Shown: positions 9,674 through 19,302, counted from the first letter of the stretch. The stretch is 64,000 nt of DNA from Acutalibacteraceae bacterium (GCA_045594065.1 JAZNXU010000002.1:1750-65749); one strand, 5' to 3'. Translations and numbers: made by a program. Notes: generated by a model from the sequence alone, not told the origin.

Positions 9674-9760
9674 TTTTTAAATATTAAAAGGGGGGTCCGC
9701 TCGACCTCCCTTGTTACATAAATTGCACCTTAAACATAGAATAATCTGAGGTGGTTTTTT

Positions 9761-10075
9761 ATGTTAGAAGCATTTATTTTTACTTTAATTATTTTTTTAG
9801 CGATTATCGGCATCAGCGAGGTTTTACACCTCTTAGCGCAATTTATAGTAAAACCTAAGAAAAGGGCAAATAAATATTTGATAATACCGCTTGACAGCAG
9901 TGATGCCGAGCAACAAATATTATCAGTTCTGTGCGAATTTAAATGGTCGGGTAAAAAATTAGCCGATAAGGTAATATTTTTAACCGACGCACTTGAAGCC
10001 AATACAGCACAGCGATTGGAAAATAATTATAAAAGCAGTATAGCTGAGTTCAAAAACGGAGTTTTTTATGGATGA
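9761..10075 (+). CDS. hypothetical small membrane protein
   Basis: 104 aa with one N-terminal TM helix. GAGGTGG RBS. The 3' end overlaps the recD2 start by 8 nt. No family recognised. Confidence 0.4.
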   Translation: MLEAFIFTLIIFLAIIGISEVLHLLAQFIVKPKKRANKYLIIPLDSSDAEQQILSVLCEFKWSGKKLADKVIFLTDALEANTAQRLENNYKSSIAEFKNGVFYG

Positions 10076-12284
10076 GAATAAAAAAACAGAATCCTTTAGC
10101 GGAACTGTAGAGCGAATTACATATAAAAACGAAAGCAACGGATACACCGTATTAACCCTTTCTAACGGCAGTGAAGATATTACTGCCGTTGGCATTATGC
10201 CGTTTGTGAGCGAGGGTGAGTACATCAATTGCACAGGTGAGTATGTTTTTCACCCAACCTACGGTGAGCAACTTAAGGTGGAGTTTTTTGAGCGTATTAT
10301 AAAGGAAGATTCCGCTTCAATTTTAAAGTATCTTTCAAGCGGCTCAATTAAGGGAATAGGACCCGCAACGGCTCGGCGCATTGTCGAGGCTTATGGTGAG
10401 GAAAGCCTTGATATAATTGAAAACTTTCCCGAAAGGCTTGTGTCAATCAAGGGCATTTCTTACGAAAAAGCATTGGCTATTTCCGAGTCCTACAAAAATC
10501 AGTTCGGTATGCGCGAAATTATGTTAAAGCTTGCTGCTTTTAATGTCACCCCGCCTGAGGCTCTCCGTATTTTCAGGAGATTTGGTACATCGGCAATTGA
10601 AAGAATAGAGCAAAATCCGTATTTACTGTGCTTTGAGGGGATTAATTTCGCTTTTGACAGGGTAGAGGAAATTGCAGCCGCTTATAAAATAGACAGCAAT
10701 TCGACCGACCGAATTTTTGCGGGAGTAAAATTTGTCCTCGCTAAAAATACTCTGAATTCGCATACCTGCCTGCCACACGATAAGCTGTGCTCCGTGGCGG
10801 CAGAGTTGCTTGATGTTTCATGCGATTCAGTAGAGGCGGTTATAGACGATGCAACTCGCAGCCTTAATTTAATTGCCGAGAAAATTGACGGCAGACTTTT
10901 TGTCTTCCTGCCTGAATATTATAAAAGTGAGAAATTTTCCGCATCACGAATTAAAATATTATCGGAGTATGCCGAAAAACTCTTCCCGCTGGATGAGCTT
11001 GAAATTGATAGGGTAGAGGGAATGCTATCTTTAGAATTTGCTGAGCTTCAGCGTGCAGCCGTTAAAGCTGCGGTTGATAACGGCGTCTTTATTCTAACCG
11101 GTGGACCAGGTACAGGCAAAACCACTACACTAAATGCTATGATAAAGGTGTTCGAGCATCGCGAGCTTGATATTGTATTGGCGGCGCCCACAGGCAGAGC
11201 GGCACGCCGCATTACCGAGCTTACGGGGCTTCCCGCCAAAACCATTCACCGTTTGTTAGAAGCTGATTACGGCGGTGAAGACGAAGAAAAGCGTAGCTTT
11301 TGCCGAAACGAAAAAAATCCGCTTGATTGCGATGTTTTAATAGTCGATGAAATGTCTATGGTAGATACATTTCTGTTTGAGGGAATTTTGAGAGCATTGC
11401 GGGTCGGCTCACGCCTTATAATGGTAGGTGACGCAGATCAGCTGCCGAGTGTAGGCGCGGGCAATGTGCTTAATGATTTGCTCCAATTTTCAGACATTCC
11501 GAATATAAGGCTTAAAACCATATTTCGTCAGGCAGAGCTTAGCCGTATTGTAACTAACGCCCATAAAATTGTCGGCGGCGAATATCCGGAGTTTGATAAT
11601 TCGAAAAATTCCGATTGCTTTTTGTTGCGCTCTGTGTCGGCAGATGATACTATAAACGAGGTCGCTCGTCTCGTTACCGAGCGCTTGCCTAAGGCATACG
11701 GATTTTCACCGATAGAGGATATTCAGGTGCTTTGTCCGTCAAGGCGGTTTAATACAGGCAGTGCTAATCTTAATATGGTACTTCAGGACGCAATTAATCC
11801 TAAGACAAAAAACACCGAGGAAATGTATTTCAAAGGTGGAGCTATCCGCACGGGCGATAAGGTTATGCAGATAAAGAATAACTATGATATCCTGTGGGAA
11901 AAGGATGACGGCGAAACAGGTAACGGCGTATTTAACGGGGATATTGGTTTTGTAACTAAGGTGGACAAGCGCTTTAGCAGTGTAACCGTAGATTTTGACG
12001 GGAAGAAGACTATTTATTCGGGCGAGGAGTTAGCTCAATTAGAGCTGGCGTATGCTGTGACCGTACATAAAAGTCAGGGTAGTGAATTTGAGTGTATTGT
12101 AATGCCGCTTTTTGAAGTGCCCTCACGTCTTCGTTACCGCAACCTGCTTTATACAGCCGTTACGAGAGCTAAAAAGATGCTTGTCATAATCGGTAGCAGC
12201 ACGGTGCTCGCCCAAATGGTAGATAACGATAAAAAAACACTTCGTTACACAGGCCTTGGACATTTTTTAAGGAATAACGACTAA
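10068..12284 (+). CDS. recD2: ATP-dependent RecD-like DNA helicase (SF1B, RecD2)
   Basis: 738 aa. Walker A GGPGTGKTT, DEMSMVD, and C-terminal AVTVHKSQGSEF. Confidence 0.9.
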   Translation: MDENKKTESFSGTVERITYKNESNGYTVLTLSNGSEDITAVGIMPFVSEGEYINCTGEYVFHPTYGEQLKVEFFERIIKEDSASILKYLSSGSIKGIGPATARRIVEAYGEESLDIIENFPERLVSIKGISYEKALAISESYKNQFGMREIMLKLAAFNVTPPEALRIFRRFGTSAIERIEQNPYLLCFEGINFAFDRVEEIAAAYKIDSNSTDRIFAGVKFVLAKNTLNSHTCLPHDKLCSVAAELLDVSCDSVEAVIDDATRSLNLIAEKIDGRLFVFLPEYYKSEKFSASRIKILSEYAEKLFPLDELEIDRVEGMLSLEFAELQRAAVKAAVDNGVFILTGGPGTGKTTTLNAMIKVFEHRELDIVLAAPTGRAARRITELTGLPAKTIHRLLEADYGGEDEEKRSFCRNEKNPLDCDVLIVDEMSMVDTFLFEGILRALRVGSRLIMVGDADQLPSVGAGNVLNDLLQFSDIPNIRLKTIFRQAELSRIVTNAHKIVGGEYPEFDNSKNSDCFLLRSVSADDTINEVARLVTERLPKAYGFSPIEDIQVLCPSRRFNTGSANLNMVLQDAINPKTKNTEEMYFKGGAIRTGDKVMQIKNNYDILWEKDDGETGNGVFNGDIGFVTKVDKRFSSVTVDFDGKKTIYSGEELAQLELAYAVTVHKSQGSEFECIVMPLFEVPSRLRYRNLLYTAVTRAKKMLVIIGSSTVLAQMVDNDKKTLRYTGLGHFLRNND

Positions 12285-12982
12285 TGAGGATTATTAAGTA
12301 TTTGCTTTGGCTGTTCTTTCCAAGCCGTTGTGCTTGCTGTAATAGGCTGATAAAAAGGAATATGCAGCTATGCTCGGAGTGCTTTGATAAGCTAGAGCGC
12401 ATAGGTAAAATTTGCACCGTGTGCGGGTGTGAGAAGACTTCTTGTGAATGTAAGAGGCGGGTGTTCCATTTTGCAGGAGCGGTGGCACCGTTCAGTCACG
12501 GTGAATATTCTAAAGAGGTAGTTTATAACTTTAAATTCAGGAATAATATTGAAATAGCTAATTTCCTTTGTTCTAATATGGCAAACAGCGTTAATGAGCA
12601 TTTTGGGAATATAAAGTTTCAGTGCATAACAAATGTCCCTATGCATCCTCTTAAAAGGTTTATTAAAGGCTATGACCATAGCAGGGTATTGGCAAAAAGA
12701 CTATCGAGAGCGCTTGATATACCGTATATAAATTGTCTGCACAAAATTAAGCTTAATACTGCACAGCATAAAACACCCTATAAACAGCGCTTCGGCAATG
12801 TTAAGAATATATTAAGGTGCGATAAAATTTCGGCGCAAAATGTACTGCTTGTTGATGATATCAAGACAACCGGCGCTACGCTTGACGAGTCTGCAAGGCA
12901 GTTATTGTTTGCCGGAGCCGAAAAAGTTTATTGTGTTACAGCAATTTCTAATAATTACAAGAAATCAACAGTTGAAAAATGA
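12284..12982 (+). CDS. comFC: ComF family protein (phosphoribosyltransferase-like, ComFC)
   Basis: N-terminal Cys-rich zinc-finger-like region plus a PRTase motif VLLVDDIKTTGATL. TAATG overlap with recD2. Confidence 0.85.
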   Translation: MRIIKYLLWLFFPSRCACCNRLIKRNMQLCSECFDKLERIGKICTVCGCEKTSCECKRRVFHFAGAVAPFSHGEYSKEVVYNFKFRNNIEIANFLCSNMANSVNEHFGNIKFQCITNVPMHPLKRFIKGYDHSRVLAKRLSRALDIPYINCLHKIKLNTAQHKTPYKQRFGNVKNILRCDKISAQNVLLVDDIKTTGATLDESARQLLFAGAEKVYCVTAISNNYKKSTVEK

Positions 12983-13016
12983 AGAAATATAAAATATAAT
13001 ATAATCGGTGATATAA

Positions 13017-14039
13017 ATGACTACTGATATTGGGGTAGATATAGGCTCCTCTAAAACGGTGATATTTTCAAGCTCGAAAATTGTGCTTGAAAAGCCGAGT
13101 GTCGTAACGGTTGATGCCGACACTTGGCAGCCTTTATATTTCGGAGAGAAAGCATTACAGACTTTTGGCAGAACGCCGGACAGTCTTGTTTGCGTGCACC
13201 CTATAGAGCATGGTACTATAGCTGATTTGGATATTGCTGAAGCAATGCTTAAAAATTATATGGACGAGGCTTTTGGTCGTAAAATTTTCAAGCCCCGAGT
13301 TATGGCGGCATTACCTACAGGCGTTACCGAACTTCAACACCACTCTATGGCACAGGTTGTAGAGGCAGGCGGGGGCAGAAATGTATCGGTAATTGAAAAT
13401 CCCATAGCCGTTGCAATTGGCTTAGGGTTGGATTTCACTCAGCCGCGCGGCAGTCTTATTGTTGATATGGGCGCAGGAACAACCGATATTGCAACAATAT
13501 CTTTAGGCGGTATCGCGCAGTGCGATTCTTTCAAGGTTGCAGGTAACACCTTCGATGAGCTTATAATTAAATATATCCGTAAAGAGTACGGCGTTGAAAT
13601 AGGTCCTCTTACTGCTGAAAACCTAAAAAAGCAGTTAAGCACAGTAGTTAAACGCCCTGTTGAAATAGGTGTTGTTGCTAAGGGTAGAAATGTTTTTACA
13701 GGTCTCCCCCAAACTCTCGATGTTACATCTACCGAAATTCACAAGGTTATAATTGATGCGGCGCTGTCAATTTGTAACGCCATTCGCAAGGTGCTTGAAA
13801 AAACCGACCCTGATATTGTCGCTGATGTTATGAACGATGGCATCTATCTAACCGGCGGCACCTCACTTATGAACGGAATGCCTGAACTTATACAGCAGTA
13901 TTTCGGAACAAAGGTACATATCGATTCAGACCCGACGCACAGCGTTGTTCGAGGTGCGGCAATAGCACTTAAAAATCCGTCATTACTCGAAAATGTAGAC
14001 TTTCAATATCGCTCAATTAAAGAATTGGCGGTTGAATAA
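13017..14039 (+). CDS. MreB/Mbl-family actin-like protein
   Basis: 340 aa with actin-fold phosphate motifs (DIGSSKT, DMGAGTTD, LTGGTSL). Confidence 0.85.
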   Translation: MTTDIGVDIGSSKTVIFSSSKIVLEKPSVVTVDADTWQPLYFGEKALQTFGRTPDSLVCVHPIEHGTIADLDIAEAMLKNYMDEAFGRKIFKPRVMAALPTGVTELQHHSMAQVVEAGGGRNVSVIENPIAVAIGLGLDFTQPRGSLIVDMGAGTTDIATISLGGIAQCDSFKVAGNTFDELIIKYIRKEYGVEIGPLTAENLKKQLSTVVKRPVEIGVVAKGRNVFTGLPQTLDVTSTEIHKVIIDAALSICNAIRKVLEKTDPDIVADVMNDGIYLTGGTSLMNGMPELIQQYFGTKVHIDSDPTHSVVRGAAIALKNPSLLENVDFQYRSIKELAVE

Positions 14040-14060
14040 AAATTTTTGGAGGTAACCTTA

Positions 14061-14546
14061 ATGAAAAAGCTTTTATGTATTATTTTCGCACTCTGTTTAG
14101 TATTAACACTTTCCGCATGCAAAAAGGAGTCTAATGAAAACTCTGACAGTAATGGTGGTTCGAATTCCGGCTCATCTTCTGAGAACGCTGAAAATAAAGG
14201 CTCTTCGTCTGATAAAGACCTTATTGACTCGGATATACCAGCTGATGATGAAAATTCATTTGAGTTTGGCAATTCTACGCCGAGTAATAACGGCAATTCT
14301 TCAGGCAATAATGGGAACGCTGGAACAGGAAATGGCACCACAGGTAGCGGAAACGGCACTGGCTCTAACAGCGGCAGCAACACAGGCTCGGGCGAGAGTG
14401 ACGGAGGAAATACCGAAACTGATAATAGTGGCGGCTCGGGTGAAAATGGTAGTAACGGTGATAATACCGATTCTAATGATCCGGACGATAAAACAAGCGT
14501 TGATGATGGCTCGGACGGCTTTAAAGGTGGAAAAATTCATTTTTAA
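14061..14546 (+). CDS. low-complexity Gly/Ser/Asn/Asp-rich lipoprotein
   Basis: MKKLLCIIFALCLVLTLSAC signal peptide with lipobox, then a compositionally biased region. GGAGG RBS. Confidence 0.65.
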   Translation: MKKLLCIIFALCLVLTLSACKKESNENSDSNGGSNSGSSSENAENKGSSSDKDLIDSDIPADDENSFEFGNSTPSNNGNSSGNNGNAGTGNGTTGSGNGTGSNSGSNTGSGESDGGNTETDNSGGSGENGSNGDNTDSNDPDDKTSVDDGSDGFKGGKIHF

Positions 14547-14600
14547 CTAACAAAAATAAAGCACCGCCACATGTCGGTGCTTTAGTTATTGGGTGATACT

Positions 14601-15281
14601 ATGCGAATGCGTAAAAAGAAAAATCTAGAGGGTAGGCTTGAAAATTGTCGGGATAATCTGATAATTATTGATAGGGTTGACCGAAATTTCAATACTGCAA
14701 AAACTCAAAAGGAATACATAGATTTTACCGAGATTTTCGGTAATGATAACCCTCTGCACCTCGAAATCGGTTGTGGAAAGGGCCAGTTTGCCTGTGAAAT
14801 TGCAAAGCGACATCCTGATATTAATTTCATTGCGGTTGAAAAAACTGCCAATGTAATAGTTTCGGCATGTGAAAGTGCAAAAAAGCAGGGTATAAATAAT
14901 TTGGTGTTCATAAAATGCGGGGCAGAGTATATCCCGTCGATAATACAGCCTGAAACTATTAGCCGTATTTACCTTAATTTTTCCTGTCCGTTCCCCAAAA
15001 AGAAATATGCAAATCACCGCTTAACGGCACAACCTTTTCTTGAAATCTATTCCGAAATTATGAAAAACGGTGCTGAAATTCATCAGAAAACCGATAATAA
15101 GGGGCTTTTTGAGTTTTCAATCGAGCAGCTATCAGCCTTTGGCTTTAAACTTAAAAACATTTCACTCGACTTGCACAACAGTGATTTTGAGGGTAATATC
15201 GTTACCGAGTACGAGTCGAAATTTGTAGCTCAGGGTCTGCCGATTTATCGCCTTGAAGCTTATCTTGAAAGTGGGAAGTAA
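14601..15281 (+). CDS. trmB: tRNA (guanine46-N7)-methyltransferase
   Basis: SAM-binding LEIGCGKG and the conserved TrmB C-terminal region (TEYE.KF). A TTG at 14589 is an alternative start. Confidence 0.85.
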   Translation: MRMRKKKNLEGRLENCRDNLIIIDRVDRNFNTAKTQKEYIDFTEIFGNDNPLHLEIGCGKGQFACEIAKRHPDINFIAVEKTANVIVSACESAKKQGINNLVFIKCGAEYIPSIIQPETISRIYLNFSCPFPKKKYANHRLTAQPFLEIYSEIMKNGAEIHQKTDNKGLFEFSIEQLSAFGFKLKNISLDLHNSDFEGNIVTEYESKFVAQGLPIYRLEAYLESGK

Positions 15282-15282
15282 A

Positions 15283-15876
15283 ATGATTAAAAATTTAATT
15301 TTCGATTTTGGTAATGTAGTCATCAAATTCGACCCATATTATATGGCATCTGCCATTACCGAAAGCGAAGAAGAAAAACAGATACTTATAAAAACAGTAT
15401 TTAATCCCATAACCTTTGAGCTTACCGACAGAGGATATGTTACATTGGAAAAGCATATTGCAATGGTCCTGCCTGAGGTACCTACAGCACTTCACGAAAA
15501 AGCGGTAAAGCTCTTAAAAGAGTGGTATTTGCATCTTCCCGTAATGGACGGTATGGAAGAGTTACTTAAAAGTGCAAAAAAAGCAGGCTACAAGCTATAT
15601 CTACTTTCAAATATAAATGTGCATTTTGGTAATCATCGTGATGAGGTGGAGATTTTAAAGCTTTTTGATGGCATGGTGCTTTCGAGCGATATACATTTTA
15701 TAAAACCAGAGCCTGAAATTTACGAACACTTAATAAGTAAATACGGTCTAAAAAAACAAGAATGTCTTTTTATTGACGACCGTCAGGTTAATATATGCGG
15801 TGCAGAGGCTATAGGCATTAAGGGCTATCTGTTCGAGAATGCTGACAAGCTTTGTGAGTATATAAAGGCGAATTAA
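15283..15876 (+). CDS. HAD-superfamily hydrolase
   Basis: N-terminal IFDFGNV (DxD-type motif I), LLSN motif and FIDD motif IV. Confidence 0.8.
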   Translation: MIKNLIFDFGNVVIKFDPYYMASAITESEEEKQILIKTVFNPITFELTDRGYVTLEKHIAMVLPEVPTALHEKAVKLLKEWYLHLPVMDGMEELLKSAKKAGYKLYLLSNINVHFGNHRDEVEILKLFDGMVLSSDIHFIKPEPEIYEHLISKYGLKKQECLFIDDRQVNICGAEAIGIKGYLFENADKLCEYIKAN

Positions 15877-15963
15877 TATTGATATTTCACAAAAATCTTT
15901 AAATTAAGGATTATCAGTGGAAAAATATGCCTGTTTTTAGGGGTAAATGCGTGCGCTTTCTAG

Positions 15964-16200
15964 AATTTGCGCGGGTTAGATGCTTTCTCCGGTATTTTCC
16001 GTGGCGCACTTGATGCAAAAGCCGCCTATATAAATAAAGAAATGCAGGTAGCTGCAACCTACGCCATAGCAGGAGTATTAGACGAAGATGAATTAAGCAC
16101 CGAGAAAATTCTTCCAAAAGCCTTTGATAAGCGTATAGCTTCTGCAGTGGCAAAGGCGGTAAAGCAGACGGCTATAAATACAGGAGGAGCAAGAATATGA
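15964..16200 (+). pseudogene. C-terminal remnant (about 75 codons) of an NAD(P)-malic enzyme gene
   Basis: GIFRGALDAKAAYINKEMQVAATYAIAGV...ILPKAFDKRIASAVAKAV is the conserved extreme C-terminus of malic enzymes. About 300 upstream codons are absent and a stop lies immediately upstream at 15961. Confidence 0.7.
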
Positions 16201-17768
16201 AACGGTTAATTAGTGTTTGTTTAGCTTTTATACTAGCTATATCCTTTACGGCCTGCAAAGCGGAAAACGCAAATAGCGTTCAAAATGGCAGCACTAACAT
16301 TACCAATAGCGATAATACCTTTAAAGCTTTAGCAACCGATATTAACCCCACCGTTCAGGGTATGTTTTACCGAAATGTTGTGGGCGTTGATAAGCGCTCA
16401 AGCGACCCTGCTGTAAAAGCGGTTGATGAAAAGTCAGATGCCTTACTTAAAACTATCGAGGAATATCCCGATACTCTAAAGGCTAAAGAGGGCTGTAAAA
16501 CTTATTACATATCTAACGACGGCGATGATAAAAACGACGGCCTTACTCCCGAAACTGCAAGAGCTACATATCTGTCGGTTAAAACCTTTTTGCAATCCGG
16601 TGATGTAGTGTTATTTCGCCGCGGTGACCTTTGGCGCGGACAAATGCATCTTATCTCAGGTGTTTCCTACGGCGCATACGGCGAGGGTATCAAGCCCCGT
16701 TTCTACGGTAGTGTTGACGGCTCCAAAAACGGCATCGGCGAATGGAAAACTACTGAATATGAAGATGTTTATATGTTCAGCCGAGTAATTTCTAATTATT
16801 CGAGCATTTTCTTCAATAACGGCGAAGCCTACGGTCGACCCGTTCAAAGTTTTGATGATATAAGCAGCAGAAAATATAATGTTATATATAAGTCCGGCAA
16901 GGTGTATTTGTACAGTCCCGATGGCAATCCCCAAGACCTTTTTGAGGTGATCGAGATTGTAGAGGGCTATGACCTTATTACAGCAAGTAAAACCACGCCC
17001 GAAAATCCCACCTCAGATGTGGTTATTCAAAACCTAACGGTTATGTACGCCGGTCGCCACGGAATTGCCCCAGGAAACAGTAAAAATATTGAAATTTCGG
17101 GTTGCATCATAGGTTATATGGGCGGTTTGAATCTTTATTTGGGCGGCACATCAATCGGCAACGGAATTGAGTTTTGGGGTAATGTAAAAAATGTAAGCTG
17201 CCACCATAATTATGTGTTCCAATGCTTTGACGACGGTATTACCCATCAATCAAACTCAGGTATGAAATACTCGGTAGTAGAAGAAGAGGTTTCCTATTGC
17301 GATAATCTTATAGAATACTGTATTGCGGGATTAAATTCTTTTATTCCACAGATAAATACAGGCACTTCCTACGATGCTACTGAATACTTTAAAAATTACA
17401 CTGCCGAATACGGTAATGTTTATTTAAAAAATAATATTTGCCGTTACGGTGGCTATGGCTGGGGCTATCCGGACCGACCAGATAAGGCATCTACCGAGGA
17501 TATTAAATATCGCCCCGCAATGCATAAAGGCGTGCTGGTAATCGAGGGTAATATATTCGACCGTGCTAAACACGGCGCATTGATTTTCAGCACCTACGGC
17601 GATAAAAAAGACCTGCTCTCTTTCACAAACAATACAATTTTACAGGAAGAAAACCGCCGCGTTATGAATGTGGTAGGAGATAAAATATATGCAGGCGACG
17701 CAACCGATGAATATTTAGGCAAGTATTTTAGTAATTATTCTGGCAATACTTTTACTGTAGTTGAATAA
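16197..17768 (+). CDS. right-handed parallel beta-helix lipoprotein (pectate-lyase-fold; carbohydrate-active enzyme candidate)
   Basis: Lipoprotein signal LAISFTAC. The YYISNDGDDKNDG...GDVVLFRRGDLWRG N-terminal cap is typical of beta-helix proteins. Paralog of 62452-63999. Confidence 0.65.
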   Translation: MKRLISVCLAFILAISFTACKAENANSVQNGSTNITNSDNTFKALATDINPTVQGMFYRNVVGVDKRSSDPAVKAVDEKSDALLKTIEEYPDTLKAKEGCKTYYISNDGDDKNDGLTPETARATYLSVKTFLQSGDVVLFRRGDLWRGQMHLISGVSYGAYGEGIKPRFYGSVDGSKNGIGEWKTTEYEDVYMFSRVISNYSSIFFNNGEAYGRPVQSFDDISSRKYNVIYKSGKVYLYSPDGNPQDLFEVIEIVEGYDLITASKTTPENPTSDVVIQNLTVMYAGRHGIAPGNSKNIEISGCIIGYMGGLNLYLGGTSIGNGIEFWGNVKNVSCHHNYVFQCFDDGITHQSNSGMKYSVVEEEVSYCDNLIEYCIAGLNSFIPQINTGTSYDATEYFKNYTAEYGNVYLKNNICRYGGYGWGYPDRPDKASTEDIKYRPAMHKGVLVIEGNIFDRAKHGALIFSTYGDKKDLLSFTNNTILQEENRRVMNVVGDKIYAGDATDEYLGKYFSNYSGNTFTVVE

Positions 17769-17770
17769 CT

Positions 17771-17809
17771 AAATCCCCTTATAAGCTACCGCTTATAAGG
17801 GGATTTTTT
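17771..17809. terminator. bidirectional intrinsic terminator
   Basis: aaatccccttataagc-tacc-gcttataaggggattttt between convergent genes. Confidence 0.7.
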
Positions 17810-17829
17810 AATTAATCTTAATAAGTAAA

Positions 17830-18537
17830 TTAAATAATTGCAAATATCAAAATCGGCAGGAAAATGGCGGGCAAATAGTTCATAACCTTAATTTTGGTAA
17901 GATGTAACATATTCAGTGCTATTGCCACTATTAATAGCGAGCCGATAGTCGACATATTAACTATTATTTCTTCAGTCAGCACGGGGGCAAGCCATACCGC
18001 CGCGAGCGTAATTCCGCCCTCAATTATAAGCACTGCAACGCTCGATAGCATTACACCAAAGCCGAAAGAGGCTGTAAGCGGAATTGCGGCAACACAGTCA
18101 ATTAGGCTTTTTGAATAAAGCGTTATGTTATCGCCCGATATACCGCTATCTATTGAGCCTACCACAGTCATAGCGCCTACACAGAAAAGCATAGTAGCAG
18201 ACACAAAGCCCTCGGAAATTCTTTGATTTCCGCCGTTTTTGTTAAAGCCATTTTCAATCTTGTGAGCTAAGCGGTTAACCCATTTGTCAATATCTATAAG
18301 CTCTCCGATTATTGCACCAATGGCTATCGAAATTATTATAACAAGAATGTTGTTTTGCTCGTTTAACATTCCGTCAATGCCAATTAGCAGTACGCAGAAC
18401 GCCATTCCTGAAAAGAGTGCAGAGCGCACGCGTTCGGGAATGCCCTTTTTAAAAAGCATTCCCACGGCACTACCTAAAATCACTAAAAAGAAATTTACTA
18501 CAGCGCCGCTTTTTAGAATATTAAGGATTATTTCCAT
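17830..18537 (-). CDS. DUF554 family membrane protein
   Basis: 235 aa polytopic membrane protein with N-terminal VILGSAVGMLFKKGIPER, typical of DUF554 (YdfK/YqgA-like). Confidence 0.7.
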   Translation of the reverse strand: MEIILNILKSGAVVNFFLVILGSAVGMLFKKGIPERVRSALFSGMAFCVLLIGIDGMLNEQNNILVIIISIAIGAIIGELIDIDKWVNRLAHKIENGFNKNGGNQRISEGFVSATMLFCVGAMTVVGSIDSGISGDNITLYSKSLIDCVAAIPLTASFGFGVMLSSVAVLIIEGGITLAAVWLAPVLTEEIIVNMSTIGSLLIVAIALNMLHLTKIKVMNYLPAIFLPILIFAII

Positions 18538-18549
18538 ATGTCTATCACA

Positions 18550-19302
18550 CTACGCTTTTGCTAGTATCATCAAGAATTTATGCGAAATAATTCTGCTTAA
18601 AAACCTGTACAATTTATAGAAAAATCGACCTGTGTAAATGGCTCTGCGTTTTTTAGATGCCTTTAAAGATTTTTTCGCAATCATTTCGGGGTTAACCCTC
18701 GGCAGAATATCAAAAGTGAGGCTCGTACCCTTAGCTATATTGGCAACGGGTAAAAACTCGGTGTCCATAGGTCCGGGGCATACTGCAAGTACATTTATTT
18801 TCTTTCTTTTAAGCTCGTAGCGCAGCGCCCTCGAAAAACTTGTAACATAGGCTTTTGTAGAGCAGTAAACCGCCATTTTTGCGTTAGGTACAAACGAGGC
18901 AATTGAGCTTATGTTAATAATTTCAGCACCGTTTTCCATATAGGGGATAGTGGTGTGAGTAAAGGCGGTTAACGCCTCGCAGTTAAGGCGTATCATACCC
19001 GTGGTTGAGAGAGCATCAATATCTTCAAAATATCCGTGCTTGCCAAAGCCTGCGTTGTTAATAAGCATTTTAACATTGGGCTTCAGGTCGGCAAGTAAAG
19101 CAGCGTAGGTATCAATAGCGCCGTCAACCGTCATATCAAGCGGAATTACTCTGCACTCGGTTTTGCATTTTGCGGCTATTTCTTTAAGCCGATCCTCGCG
19201 CCTTGCAATAATCCACAGCTCGTCAAAGCTGCCACCGTCTAAGCACTTTATATATTCGGTTCCAAGTCCGGCAGAAGCACCGGTTATTATAGCAATGTTC
19301 AT
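18550..19302 (-). CDS. SDR-family oxidoreductase
   Basis: TGASAGLG cofactor motif, NNAG, and the catalytic YCSTK (YxxxK). Confidence 0.85.
   Translation of the reverse strand: MNIAIITGASAGLGTEYIKCLDGGSFDELWIIARREDRLKEIAAKCKTECRVIPLDMTVDGAIDTYAALLADLKPNVKMLINNAGFGKHGYFEDIDALSTTGMIRLNCEALTAFTHTTIPYMENGAEIINISSIASFVPNAKMAVYCSTKAYVTSFSRALRYELKRKKINVLAVCPGPMDTEFLPVANIAKGTSLTFDILPRVNPEMIAKKSLKASKKRRAIYTGRFFYKLYRFLSRIISHKFLMILAKA

Noticed and set aside
14003-14550. Alternative-frame and antisense ORFs (126, 138 and 79 aa) overlapping the Gly/Ser/Asn-rich lipoprotein gene
   Set aside because: They are an artefact of the repetitive GGN/AGC/AAT composition. Only the frame with a signal peptide, lipobox and RBS is credible.
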